A stretch of DNA of 64,000 bases, taken from contig OX597828.1 of the NCBI GenBank assembly GCA_951406725.2, positions 39,866,001-39,930,000 of the forward strand. Direction: 5' to 3'. The stretch is from Octopus vulgaris. Taxonomy: Eukaryota. The notes beneath the pieces were generated by a model. That model saw only the letters and a program-made list of their open reading frames with translations, was not told the DNA's origin and ran no database searches. Below, in pieces: positions 1 to 12,998 of the stretch (positions are counted from its first letter, which is position 1; every line of letters starts with the position of its first letter). The position numbers and the translations under genes are program-made.

Positions 1-480
1 GTTGATCTTTCAAAAACAAACCAATTTGCAATTCTGAAATACTCTACGGGTCTTTATTTTTCTCTGAAGATTCACATTAGCAAAAGACTATTTTTCTTAA
101 TTACAATTTCACTCTATCTCTCGCCCCGCCTCCATTCTCTCTCCCCTCTCTCACACACATTATTTCTCTCTCTCTCTCTCACACACATTATTTCTTTCCT
201 CTCTCTCTCACTCACTCAGCTCTCATTCACCCGCACTTCTTAAAACTGCTATTCCGAGAGATAACTTATTTCTTTATAAATCCAGAAGCTGCTGCTTCAA
301 GCAAAGCAAAACTAAATGCAACATGACGTTTATTTGTTATATCTGGAAGGACATCAACGAAGGAAAAGATTTCTGTTAATTTAAATAATTTTAACGCAGT
401 AGTCAATTGGATAACAAACAGGGTTAACTATTCTAGAAGCTTATATTTCCACTTGTTCTGTTAATCTCTAACAACTCAGA
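1..480 (+). promoter_or_regulatory. Probable promoter and 5' UTR region of the TM6SF-like gene
   Basis: Directly upstream of the ATG; CT-rich tract 110-230; free of SINEs. TSS not locatable from sequence. Confidence 0.4.
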
Positions 481-667
481 ATGTCGGCAATCGTCTTTCT
501 ATCATCGTTACTGGCAATTCCCACTTCTTATTGCTTAAACAATATTTTCACAGTGCGACAACCTTTGCTAATACTTTTCTGCGGTGTATTCGTCCTTTCT
601 GTTATGATTGGTATTCCATACCTCTATATACGAAACCGGCGAAATGTTACAGATCGTTTCTTTTATG
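481..667 (+). CDS. TM6SF1: TM6SF1/TM6SF2-like transmembrane protein, coding exon 1 of 7
   Basis: ATG at 481; MSAIVFLSSLLAIPTSYCLN...TDRFFY resembles the TM6SF1 N-terminus as recalled (VFVLSLSAIPVTYVFN...DPLFY); donor G|GTAAGT at 668, phase 1. Symbol denotes the family; TM6SF1 vs TM6SF2 orthology is not resolvable. Confidence 0.9.
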
Positions 668-1795
668 GTAAGTCACCATGAAATTTCAACCAATATCTTT
701 TTTATGTAATTTTTATTAATCTATTTTGTTTTACCCTTTTCAGCTGTTGTCTTCCTGGAAGTTGTTTACTTTACCGTCAAAATGTTTAATTATCTTATAA
801 TATACTTCCTCCCCGCCCTCTGCTAACCACAGACACAGTTAATTCCCTTGCAAGCTCTTCTGTCAGTTTCTGACAAGAAGTTCACCTCAGCTTCCTCGGC
901 AACCACCGAAACAGGCTAAATTACAAATCTGTGACCACAGATTCCTTCGGGATTTCAGCCGAATATCCCTTAAATTGTATTCTGCTTAAAAACATATACA
1001 GAGTATATCTTGGATAGTCCGGCGAAAGTAAGGAACATGTACACCTGGTGTTTAGGGTTTTTATTACGCGAAAACAGGTGGTGTACGTATTCTTTACCTC
1101 TGCCTTTAAGTCTTACAAATACTGACTGAAAAATAAATAAAATAATAGAACCCTTGGTATGTTTACAGATGTGGGTTCGTATTCCAGGGGAAATCTTCGA
1201 TCTTTTTCTTCCCCAAAGGGATTTTCAACCTAATATTTACGGGCGATGTTTCGCTTGTCGTAGCACACGTTTCCGTCGATTGTCTATTTACGTGCTAGTA
1301 TTTATAGTTTAATGTACTATGAGATCCACTGTTCCAAAAAAGAAATTAAGGTGGTTGTTGTTTGAACGCCTTTGATTAAAGGGTTGACATGTTGATAACT
1401 TTCCTGTGTCAGCCAAAAGTTGTTGATAGCCCCTTAGTCAAGTCGCATTAAACAGATTTGATTGAAGGTTTTCTAGCAATTGGCGAACCTATCTTTTTAC
1501 CTGATTAAGATTATATTATCCAAAGAATCCCCTTTTTAAGGCATTAGAGTATAAGTTGCTGGAATTTGGCTGCTATTTCTAGCATATTGAGTGACCACAT
1601 ATAGCCGCGTTAGTTGGCTTGTATCCGCAAAATGCAGAGCTAATTGGTGTGCTTAAATGAAAAGAAGACATCCCTATGCAAGTGTGTCTCTGCCCGAATT
1701 TGCTTCCTCATAACTATCAGAAAAATTAATATTTTTTAATAAAATTTATTATAAAGCCATTTCAGATGGTGTAGATTACAAGTATATACTCTTTT

Positions 1796-3108
1796 ACTTG
1801 TTTCAGTCATGTGACTGTGGCCATGCTGGAGCACCGCCTTTAGTCGAGCAAATCCACCTCAGGACACCACAAATAATTGTTGTTGACACACTACGGCAGA
1901 AAATGTATTCACCTCAATAGACGTCATTGATTGGTTGAAATTGCCGAAATGCAAGAAATTAAACAACAAATAGCTTAAAAACTACAGAATTTTCTCAAGA
2001 AAGCCAAGAGAAAAAGATGTTTTATGTAACACACGACCAGTATACGAAGCTTAAAAGTGTTTAGTTACAAAGAAATTATTTTAAAAATCTGCCGGTCAAA
2101 GTGAAAAGATCCTCTGCCCTATCTGAAAGGTAGTTGTTGAAAATTTCATTGAAAAAATATCTATTTTTCTGAAATTTACGAGGAAACAAAGTTGGTGGGA
2201 AAGCCAAAGAGAAACACAATGTTTTAGATGTAAAATGTCTTGAATAGCGAAACTTCTTTGACATGTTTTTTTTATATCTTTAACTTGTTTCAGTCAATAG
2301 ACTGCAGCCATGCTTGAATTTTTTTGGTTGATTGCATCAATCCCAGTACTTTGTTTTAAAGCTTGATATGCATTCTAATGGTTTCTGTTGCCAAACCGCT
2401 AAGTTATGGGATGTAAACAAACCTGCACCTTTGTCAAGCAGTGGTGGGAGACAAACACAGATGCAAAGACACACACAATGGGCTTCTTTCAGTTTCCCTC
2501 TACCAAATCCACTCACAAGGCTTTGGTCAATCTGGGGCCATAGTAGAAGACACTTACCCAGTGCCACACAGTGGGACTAAACCTAGAACCGTATGGTTGG
2601 GAAGCAAACTTCTTGCCACACAGCTACACCTATACCTAAATTTATTTTTATTTTACTGGTTTATTGTCTTTTCTATTATCATAATGGCCCCTGTTCCTTG
2701 GAACTGGTTTGTCTTATACTTTAGCTACTCGGGTTCTGTTGACGCACTTATCCTTCCACCTCTTGTCATCCTTACTGTGTTCATTCTTCCAGGCCCTACC
2801 TTAGTCACTATGACCAGTCTTTTCTCCCATAGAACACTGGGTTTCTGGTATCTCTTTCCTGCAGGTATTTACTGTGTTATTCTCACCAGTCTTGAAGGGT
2901 TCTCAAACGTGATAGCCACTTGTTTCAGTCATGTGACTGTGGCCATGCTGGAGCACTGCCTTTAGTCGAGCAAATCCACCTCAGGACACCACAAATAATT
3001 GTTGTTAACACACTACGGCAGAAAATGTATTCACCTCAATAGACGTCATTGATTGGTTGAAATTGCCGAAATGCAAGAAATTAAACAACAAATAGCTTAC
3101 AAACTACA
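1796..3108 (+). repeat. ~190-bp near-identical direct repeat (1796-1986 and 2918-3108)
   Basis: Offset 1122 bp, only a few mismatches. Confidence 0.92.
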
Positions 3109-3518
3109 AGTAAACACAGAAGTGGGGCGTAAATTAAGTTTCACCAAATTCTAAGTTGTTTTAGCACCAGGTAAATCTTGATTGAACAGACAGACATTTG
3201 ATCACAGGAGTTCCAGCTCTTTATGACCATCATGGCATACATTGTCCACTATAGACTTCTTTAAATTGGTAGAATACAGTTTGGAGATCTGACTGTTATT
3301 TTTAATAGGACAGATAACTGCATAGAGGTTCTTTTGTTCACTTGTCTAATACTAAATATAGAATGAGACCTGATTTCTTTATAAAACAAGACCACAAAGC
3401 AGTCTTTTGTGGGTAGGGATGTATTCAATTATAATGGCAGCCAGTTTGTACCTGTATCTGTTTATGTAAAATTGGTATATCCAATTATGTTACTTTGCTA
3501 TATTTGGTGGCTGTTTAA

Positions 3519-3736
3519 CCCTTTAGCATTCAAATTAATGTCAAAAGTAATCCTTATTCATTTACATTTAAAAAAATTAATCTGGTATTATCTTGTAGTT
3601 TCAAGATTTGAAAGATGTAATTGCTTATTTTTAGAATGACATTGCAGGGTAAGTGTGAGATACTGGTTCTGGCCAGTTTGAGCATAAAATGAGCAGAATA
3701 TTTGGGCCGGATATAGCCGGTTTGAACACTAAAGGG
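3519..3736. mobile_element. piggyBac-type MITE family 1 (TTAA-CCCTTTAGCATT...AAAGGG-TTAA)
   Basis: TTAA on both sides and CCC/GGG ends; other copies at ~10722-10990, 21001-21196, 38579-38790, ~49700-50238 (interrupted), 60758-60972, 62879-63098. Confidence 0.85.
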
Positions 3737-5102
3737 TTAAGCAATGAGTTTGTGGGTGGTTAATGAGTTGGATGATGTGTTGAAGAAGGAGCAAGAACTC
3801 CTAAAATATGCTAGACACCTATTACCTATTTTTTTAATCTTCAGTCATATTGTTTACATAGATGTGTTTGTATATGAAATGTAACAGATCGGTGCTGGCT
3901 CTAATTTCTGTAGAATGTCTGTAGAGGTAACTTTCAAAAGTGAAATAATTTATCTACTAACACTGGTGGGGTACAATGTTGACTTCTAAGCCTTTAATAT
4001 ATCTGGTAATATTCTATGGTTGCATGATGAAATATGGTGTCCCTACCAACAACTAATAGATATATATTCTGTCTATTTGTTTGGCATTTGAACTTGGAAT
4101 CTAAGAGGTATAGACATGATGGTGTTGCTAAGCATTTTGCTTTGCAAACCAGCAAACCACGAGGTTTGATTTCAAATGCAAAGCATTTTCGATAAGTATC
4201 TTCTGTTGACAGCTTCGCGAGTTTGTTAAATAGCAACTGTGTAGCTCTTCTTGATTATGTATATAAAAGTATCAAAACAGTCAGAATCCTTAGAATGGTA
4301 GCTGATTTTATCTGTGATTTTGCTGATTGTGCTCATTCTTCATATATAAATTTATGTATATGTGTGTGTGTGTGTATGTATGTGTGTATATATATATATA
4401 CACATATATACGATGGGCTTCTTTCAGTTTCCATCTACCAAATCCACTCACAAGGCTTTGGTCAGCCCAAGGCTATAGTAGAAGACACTTACCCAAGGTG
4501 CCATGCAGTGGAACTAAACCCGGAACCATGTGGTTTGGTAAGCAAGCTACTTACCACACAGCCACTCCTGATCAGCTTCATTTGATTTAGACAAATTGTT
4601 GTTTTAATCTATTATGAAGGTTTTTACTGTTCTTGTTTTGCTCCTAGCCAGCTCTGATCAAAGCATTCAAGTTGTAACTATCCTGCTTTTTCTCCTTTTA
4701 TAATATATCTTGGAGCACATTATTTAATGTATCTTGGGCAATATTTTTCAATGTATATCTCCTTTTACAAAGTAGCATATGATTTGGCTCCCATCTGGCA
4801 ATCGATTGACCACAAAGAAGATTTTTTGTTAGCTCATATTGTAAAGAAAAAATAGTGGCTGCAAGTAACCCAGATGTATGTGAATAGTGCTTCAATGTTG
4901 AGGAAATATTTGTAATTTATATAGAAAAAAAAAATAGGTTGCTATAAAGATCCAATGTTAGATACTTTGTTATTCTGTAAAATGTTTTATTTGCATAACA
5001 TGTTTGAGCGAGAGTTGTTGTTTTAAAAGTGCACCGTCTAATATCAGTCAATGTTATTTTATTTTTGCTGAGAGAAATATGTCTTAGGAACTGGTTTAAT
5101 TT

Positions 5103-5141
<39 letters not shown>

Positions 5142-5171
5142 TTTTTTTTTTAATGGAATAGTCAGAAGAAA

Positions 5172-5591
5172 GTGGTTGTACCCATGACTTTCTGAAGCAG
5201 TTGACATTCTTTAACAACTGCAAGGTATACACATCAGAAAGAAAAAAATAAAATGATAAGCCAGGGCATTCAAACAAAATTACCTTGGGGTATTTATTCT
5301 ATCCTTGTTGCATAGACATTCCTTTTACATTTTTACCATCAGAAATTCAGCTAACCATTAACTGACTTCTTTGGAAGGCTATAACCAGCTGTGCTATTGT
5401 TCTCAAAATGTGGGATATGAAATTAAAATGTCAACAACTGCAAGCAAAACATGAACAGAGTTTGAATGCACTGGCTTATCATTTTATTTATTTTTTTGTT
5501 CTGATGTGTATACCTTGCAGTTGTTAAAGAATGTCAACTGTATTGATCTAATTAGTCTTGAAGTGCTTCGGAAAGTCATGGATACAACCAC
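5172..5591. mobile_element. MITE-like element with ~105-130 bp terminal inverted repeats
   Basis: 5172-5275 is the reverse complement of 5460-5591 apart from a ~23-nt indel. Confidence 0.8.
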
Positions 5592-5599
5592 AGACTTGA

Positions 5600-5930
5600 T
5601 TTCATGGGGAGGAAGGATTAAGTAATGTGGTCGATGCAGGCCTGGAAGTAGGGAAACATTTTGTACTAAAAGGAAGAGAGCCAATTGTATTGAGTGGGAT
5701 TCAGTGAAGGTGGTATGCAACCAACTAAGTCTGAATGAGCAGAGGCCATTGTAGTTACAGTGCAAAATTCAGTGAATGGGTCGTACATCTGTGAGAAATG
5801 TTTGTTTGAGAGAGAGTTTAAACTGAAGCATAGATGAGTGAATGAATAGGATAGAGACCAACTATATGGCAGTTCATATCCTCTTCTCTTCAGTATTATA
5901 GTATGCTGTTGCGAATCCAAATCCCACAAC
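5600..5930 (-). mobile_element. Highly decayed LINE 3' remnant (similar remnant near 60240-60420)
   Basis: Weak motif similarity only (YNGLCS; LSVFYHYNNSFC in the second copy) to the C-terminus of CR1/Jockey-group ORF2. Confidence 0.35.
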
Positions 5931-6671
5931 ACTGTAAGATTTTATTGTGCTGGTGTAGCAAATCAACATTCTCTTTCATATTTAAAAAATAAATACCAGT
6001 CAGACACTAAGGTCAATTTAAAACTATATTTTCCCACCAATTTTGTACCTTTATGACTGTTAAAAAGATATTATTTTGTTTCTTCAAGGAGAAATTTTAT
6101 AGCAAAAAACAAATCAAATTATTTCTATTAGTTTCCTCTTATTTTAACATGTACATCCATTTCTCTGTGCAATTTTCAGCAGAGTTTTTTGTTAATTTGG
6201 ACAATTTGCATTGCTCCATACTGAAGCAACTGTTTTTAATACCACTAGCTGCAAAGTGAAGCAGATCCTGTTAGTTAACCGCACAGACTGATATGTTCCT
6301 TGCCTATGAGCAGAACTTGGTGGATGTAGCACTTTGTAAGGTTTGATTTCATTACCAAGAAATGAATAGTTTAACATTTTAATCTCCTGGATTTTTTTGG
6401 AAGATTTTTTATACTTTCATTTATTCAGAATGTCTGAAGGTTACAGGGATACTATAACAAATTTGGATAATAATAGTAGTCGGTCTTATGAAAATACAAT
6501 ATGTTTGATGCCAACAACTACTAAAATGACCAAGGTATCATTGAAGAAGGAATGCCTGTTATTTAATATAACAGTCAGTCTTTCACCAAAATAATTGATT
6601 ATTCCAGAAAACAAAAATCTAACTTTTTTTGTTTCTATTTTCTTACATTTTTTTCTATTCTGTATTTCATG

Positions 6672-7087
6672 TGTAACAGGATCTGGTATCGGTATCACTG
6701 AAAGGGTGTCGATCCGATCCTGTCACATACAATTTAGTTAGATATAACAGATGAAGTCAGGTTATCGGTGAAAGACAGCAGTGTTGTTTATTATTCGTGA
6801 TGGTGTACGTATCTCTGAAGGGAAAACGACAGCCGAATCTGTTGTACAGCTTCTTGTTCATTGGTTGAAGTGGTTCGATGTCTTCCGCGGCTAAGTCAGT
6901 GTGGTTATCAGAGACTACCAAATGCACGTCTGTTCACGATGGCTGAAATGCCCAGAGAGGATGAATGAGTGAGTGTGCCTTAGGGGGTCAGTTTCCCGCA
7001 CATGCGCATGGGGAAGACTTCCGGTGGCCACCCGGAAGTAGTCCCATTCTGCGCATGTGCGCTGAACCTTACACAGTAGCATCACTA
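6672..7087 (-). mobile_element. Probable solo LTR
   Basis: CpG-rich ~416-bp island starting TGTAAC, flanked by candidate 4-bp TSD CATG (6668-6671, 7088-7091), minus-strand AATAAA near 6787, promoter motifs at 6997-7061; right end is TA rather than CA. Confidence 0.55.
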
Positions 7088-7127
7088 CATGATTTCATAA
7101 TTAAAAACAAAACAATTCATTCCTTAA

Positions 7128-7370
<243 letters not shown>

Positions 7371-8141
7371 TAAGAATTAACCTATTAACCCTTTCATTCT
7401 ATATATTTGATAGAAACACTAGTTGTGAATGATTGCACTTGTGGATAAATCTTTCTCTAACTCTGATCCTTTATATGACTGTGTATGAAAATGTAATTAC
7501 TTAAGTACATAAGATACCAAGGAACAAGCTGAGAGATCAGCATATCAGCCTTCTTTCCTTTCTTGGGAATTCTACTTCTGATGGAGTAATAGTTGGACCA
7601 TCGTGCCATATAGCTTATCTTGGGCTGTTGCTTTTAAACTTGGTGGAGGTCCATCCCTCTGCTGGTCTAAACACAGTTAGTTTCTTCCCGAAAGGAATTT
7701 CAACCGTGTTTCATGGTCTGCTACCACAACAGCTTATCGGCATTTTGTCCGTCTTTTATGTTCTGAGTTCAAATGCTACCAAGGTTGACTTTACCTTTCC
7801 TCCTTTCGGGGTCAATAAATTAAATACCAGTGAAACACTGGAGTCGATGTAACGACTAGCCCCTTCACCCAAAATTTCAGGCCTTGGGTCTTTTAGTAGA
7901 AAGGATTATTATTATTAAAGACAAGCAGTTCATGCTTGGAAAGCCTTTGATTATAGATCTATCCCTTCAGGGCTAAACAACAATATCATCAACTTGGAGA
8001 GACATATTGGGCCTATCTGCCAATGATTTGTTCAAGAGACTTGGATTTATAAGCCCTAAAATTCACTCCATAATTGCCCACGGGTGTATGGCATGGTGGC
8101 TAAGAGTACGGGCTACAAGCCCCAAGATTCCGAGTAACTTG

Positions 8142-8243
8142 AATAATAATAATGATAGTAATAATGATGATGATGATAATGATGATAATAATAATGATGA
8201 TAATAATGATGATGATAATGATAGTGATAATAATAATAATAAT
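8142..8243. repeat. (AAT/GAT)n trinucleotide microsatellite
   Basis: Direct reading. Confidence 0.95.
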
Positions 8244-10911
8244 ATCGGAAATTACCTTAGGAATGAAAATCAGGTTTGAAATTTCCCCAAAACACCTGAT
8301 GAAGGCTGGAGGGTATATCAGCTGACTCATTCTGGATGTATGCTGACATATACATATGTATGTGTGAATGTGTGTGTGTGTTTTTGAAAATAAATGAGTT
8401 ATCATTTCAAAAACATAATAAGTGTGTTGAAAAATTGTAACTTCACAATTTTGATAAAAATTATGTTTAAGAGAACAATCAAATGGCAGATATCACACAC
8501 ATACACACTTATATTATATTACTGGTTCCAGCCATTGGACTTCAGGCAAAAAATAAGTACTGAGGTCAAGATCACCAACTAAACCCTGAAGACAGTGTCC
8601 CAGTATGACTGCTGTCCAATGGCTGGAACCAGTAATACAATGTGTGTGTGTGTGTGTGTGTGATGTCTGCCATTTGATTTTGTGTAATGCTATAGCTTGA
8701 TTGTTCTCTAAACATGAGTAGCATGGATGTGGTTTTTCAGTCTTGCTAGCGACCCACACACTTTTGCACTGATGTGACCACAATGGGCACCTCTTGCAGC
8801 AGGTATTCAGTGAGTTTACCATTCACACTGATAGATGCTTTTGTTCCCTCATGGAATTTTTCATTGAGTATTTTACCTTTTACAGCTGTGGCCAGCCACA
8901 GTCTGCAATACATGATAGAAATGCTAACAAACAATACTTGAAGCTTTTTATAGTAAGGAAAGGCCCTGTACAGGGCCCTTCCTTCTCTCTAAGTATGGTA
9001 TGCATTTGCTTAAAAAGAAAAACAACTCTACATATTGGATGCTAATAGTCACAGGTGTGTTATACTAGAGTTTTACATCAGAGTTTTCCTTCTCTGAGAG
9101 AGATACCTAAACAAAGACTAGGGAGTCTTTCACTCTGAGCTTTTGGATGACTCTTGACTCTCTTAATTTCATTCACTTTTCTTTTGGCAGGTTTTGTTTT
9201 TTGAAAACCACCTCCTTGTTTAGCAGTAGGTTGCCCTGGGTTACATGTTAGCAATAACTCTAAGAGTGACCTGACATTACACACATACACGCACACACAT
9301 GCAATGGAATGCAGACATTAAATGATGATGATATTTAAAATAAATAAATTCACAGAAAGCAGGAAGGTTTGTTTACATGATTGACAGACAGACACACACA
9401 CACACACACATGCAATCACACACACACATGCAATCACACACACACATACAATCACACACACACACAATCACACACAATATAGGAAAGTGTATTCATGTAT
9501 ACTTGATAAAAGGAAAAGACATGTCCAGAAATAATGTTGGATCTATTTTTAATCTTTCTCCACAAGCAGCGTATTTCCAGTAATTTTGATATTAAACATC
9601 TGTGTGATGTATGTATGTGTATGTATATGTCTGTGTGTGTGTGTGTGTGTTTAATATTATCTGTTACTTAGATGAATAAAGGCAGCAGTGCCTATGATCT
9701 TTTTTTTTTTTAGGATCTCTAAGACTGGTGCAAGAAGAGAGGAGGGTGGAAGTTATCCTTAGGTCAAAAACTTGTCCTGGATTAACAAAATAGTGGACTC
9801 TACTTCAGGGACCAGATTAAGTATCCTACTCAAGCATAGGGCCAGTCTCTGTCTGTCTGTCTCTCTTTGAAGGGCTTTTCCTATAGTTTTTCATCTACTG
9901 GATTTCAGCAAGAAGGCTTTTGTCAAACCAAGGGTGAGGTAGCTGACAAATGGGATTGGATCTAAATCCATGAAGTTGCCAAATACCTGCACCCACAGTG
10001 TGTGTGTGTGTATGTGTATATATGTGTGAGTGCATGTGTTTATACACATACATGCACATGTACACACCAACACACACACACATGTTGACATGTTGGCATA
10101 CTCCCAAATTTTGAACATTCAAAATTTTTGTCCCTATTTCATTTGAGTAGTTTAATTAAACTCATTAAAACAGTTTATTTTTTATCACGAATTTGCCTTC
10201 GTAATCGGAGCATAAGTAAGATGGCAAGCTGACAGAATAATCATTACACTAACTCAAATACCTAGCAACAGTTCATCTGGCTTTATGTTCTGGGTTCAAA
10301 TTTCACCAAATTTGATTTTGTCTTTCATCCTTTTAAGGTTGATGAAATAAGTACCAGTTAAATACTGGGGTTGCTGTAACCTGCTATGCCTCTCTCTCAA
10401 ATTTTCAGGCCTTGTGCCTATACTAGAGAGGAATATTAATTTCAAACCAGGTAGTGAACTGAAATAATCATTAGTCTGTCAAATTTCTCAGGTGCTTTTC
10501 TTTTGGTTTTCTATGTTCTCAGTTCAAATTCCACCGAAGTCTACATTGCCTTTCATCCTTTTGAGGTTGATAAAATAAGTACCAGTTAAAGCACTAGGGT
10601 CAATATAATTGATTAGTCCACCTTCCCCCAAATTTCTGGGTTTGTGCCTATTAGTAGAAAGGATTATTGGGACTTAAATAAGGTGGTGAGCTGGCAGACT
10701 CATTACTGCCCTAGATTTAATCCTTTAGCATTTAGATTATTCTGTCAAATGTAATGCTTATTTATTCGCACCATTTTGAATTAATCATGCCTTATCTCGT
10801 AGCTTCAAGATTTTGATGATGTGATTGTTTATTTTTTGAAAGGCATTATAGGATAGGTGTGAGAGGCTGGATATGGCTACTTTGAACTTGAAACAAGTAG
10901 AATATTTGGGT

Positions 10912-11590
10912 CTGATATGGCTGGTTCAAATGAATGATATGGCTGGTTTAAATGTCTGATGTGGGTGGTTTAAATGCTAAAGAGTTTAAATGCCTGATAT
11001 GACTGGTTCAAATCAATGATATGGCTGGTTTAAATGTCTGATGTAGGTGGTTTGAATGCTAAAGAGTTTAAATGCCTGATATGACTGGTTCAAATCAATG
11101 ATATGGCTGGTTTAAATGTCTGGTGTGGGTGGTTTGAATGCTAAAGAGTTTAAATGCCTGATATGACTGGTTCAAATCAATGATATGGCTGGTTTAAATG
11201 TCTGATGTGGGTGGTTTGAATGCTAAAGAGTTTAAATGCCTGATATGACTGGTTCAAATGAATGATATGGCTGGTTTAAATGTCTGATGTGGGTGGTTTG
11301 AATGCTAAAGAGTTTAAATGCCTGATATGGCTGGTTCAAATGAATGATATGGCTGGTTTAAATGTCTGATGTAGGTGGTTTGAATGCTAAAGAGTTTAAA
11401 TGCCTGATATGACTGGATCAAATGAATGATATGGCTGGTTTAAATGTCTGATGTAGGTGGTTTGAATGCTAAAGAGTTTAAATGCCCGATATGGCTGGTT
11501 CAAATGAATGATACGGCTGGTTTAAATGTCTGATGTGGGTGGTTTAAGTGCTAAAGAGTCTAAATGCCTGATATGGCTGGTTTAAATGCT
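10912..11590. repeat. Minisatellite, 82-bp unit, 8 full copies plus a partial
   Basis: CTGATATG recurs at 10912, 10994, 11076, 11158 ... 11568. Confidence 0.95.
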
Positions 11591-11838
11591 TAGTGGCATT
11601 TCTTCCAGTTTTTTACATTCTGGGTTCAAATTCTGCCGAGATTGACTTTGCTATTCTGCTTTTTGGGATCCATTTATCAAGTAGCAGTTAAGCTCTGGGT
11701 TTATAAAATTGATTTCTTCCTCCTCTCAAAATTGCTGGCCTTGTGCAAAATTAGAAAGAATTATTGGAATATAAGTACAGTATATAATTATTATTGCCGT
11801 AACTCTGAATTATGAAATATGGTAAACATGCTTGAACA

Positions 11839-11873
<35 letters not shown>

Positions 11874-12105
11874 ATACAGTAATACACTTTCCTGTTTGCC
11901 ATGTGTGTGTGTGTGTCTGTCTGTCTATCTCATTCATACACACGTACATGCACAAATACTTGACTACACTTTCCTGTTTTGTTTTGTTAATTGTGTGCGT
12001 CCACACATGCATGCATGTGTGTGTGTCTGTGTGCATGTGTGTCTATCTCATTCATACACATACATAAACAAATATTTAAATACACTTTCCTGCTTCATAT
12101 TGTAT

Positions 12106-12138
<33 letters not shown>

Positions 12139-12158
12139 ATGCCTGTCTTCATACATTG

Positions 12159-12189
<31 letters not shown>

Positions 12190-12240
12190 TACACAATGCT
12201 GAGAGATAAATTAATGTATGTTTTTTTTAATCTATTCCAG

Positions 12241-12323
12241 CCAGAATTATCGAGAAGTTGGTCTGTTTTGGGTCGGCTCTATTGTTCATAGTATGTTCAT
12301 CCTGCTTCCTGGAGGTGTTATTG
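12241..12323 (+). CDS. TM6SF1: TM6SF-like coding exon 3
   Basis: Acceptor TTCCAG| at 12240, donor G|GTAAGT at 12324; NQNYREVGLFWVGSIVHSMFILLPGGVIG matches YRxIGLYWVGS; phase 2 in, phase 1 out. Confidence 0.96.
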
Positions 12324-12944
12324 GTAAGTATGTGTGTGTGTGTGTGTACATGTTTTTGTGTGTTTGTGTGTATTTGACTGTTCATATATGTGTGTGTGTG
12401 TGTGTATGCTTGTTAGTGTGAGGAGTATGTTTACTTGTTTCTATGAAGTATATCTGTTTTTGTGAGCATGTTTCTGTGATTGTGTCTGTGTGAGTCTGTC
12501 TGTGTGTCTTAATGTCTCTATGAATAATATATTTTTAGATGTACTCAGCTTTGATATCAGTGTTGAGGACACCAATCAACTTATTGCTAATTACTTGGCT
12601 CTCATATCTTTATTAGTCTTTCGTTAAGTCTCTGCTCACTTTTGTATGATTCCAGTTTACTTAGCCAGCAGTATTAGAAAGTCTTGTACAAGAATGCCAC
12701 ATTGAATAATGTGGACCTAGATGTACTGTGTCTGGGTAAAATAGAGAAAAATTGCTATTTCTGGGACACTTTTGAGTATAAGTCTGCTTGTTCGGGGTTC
12801 ACCTGGGGCTAAACAACAACATCAACACATTAGCATGTCCTGTTTTGGAGAGTGGTATTTATTTATATCAGTTAGAAGAGAAGGGACAGTGCCCATGGCC
12901 CTTATCACAACCAACCATCTCTGATTGGAGATTGTTGTACAGCC

Positions 12945-12998
<54 letters not shown>

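Noticed and set aside
8007-8405. Poly-Asn/Asp and poly-Ile ORFs
   Set aside because: Translation of an (AAT/GAT)n microsatellite
10912-11590. CRISPR-like appearance of regular repeats, also the GGTGGCACGTAAAAAGCACC repeats in family D
   Set aside because: Intervening sequences are repeated rather than unique spacers, no cas genes, eukaryotic context
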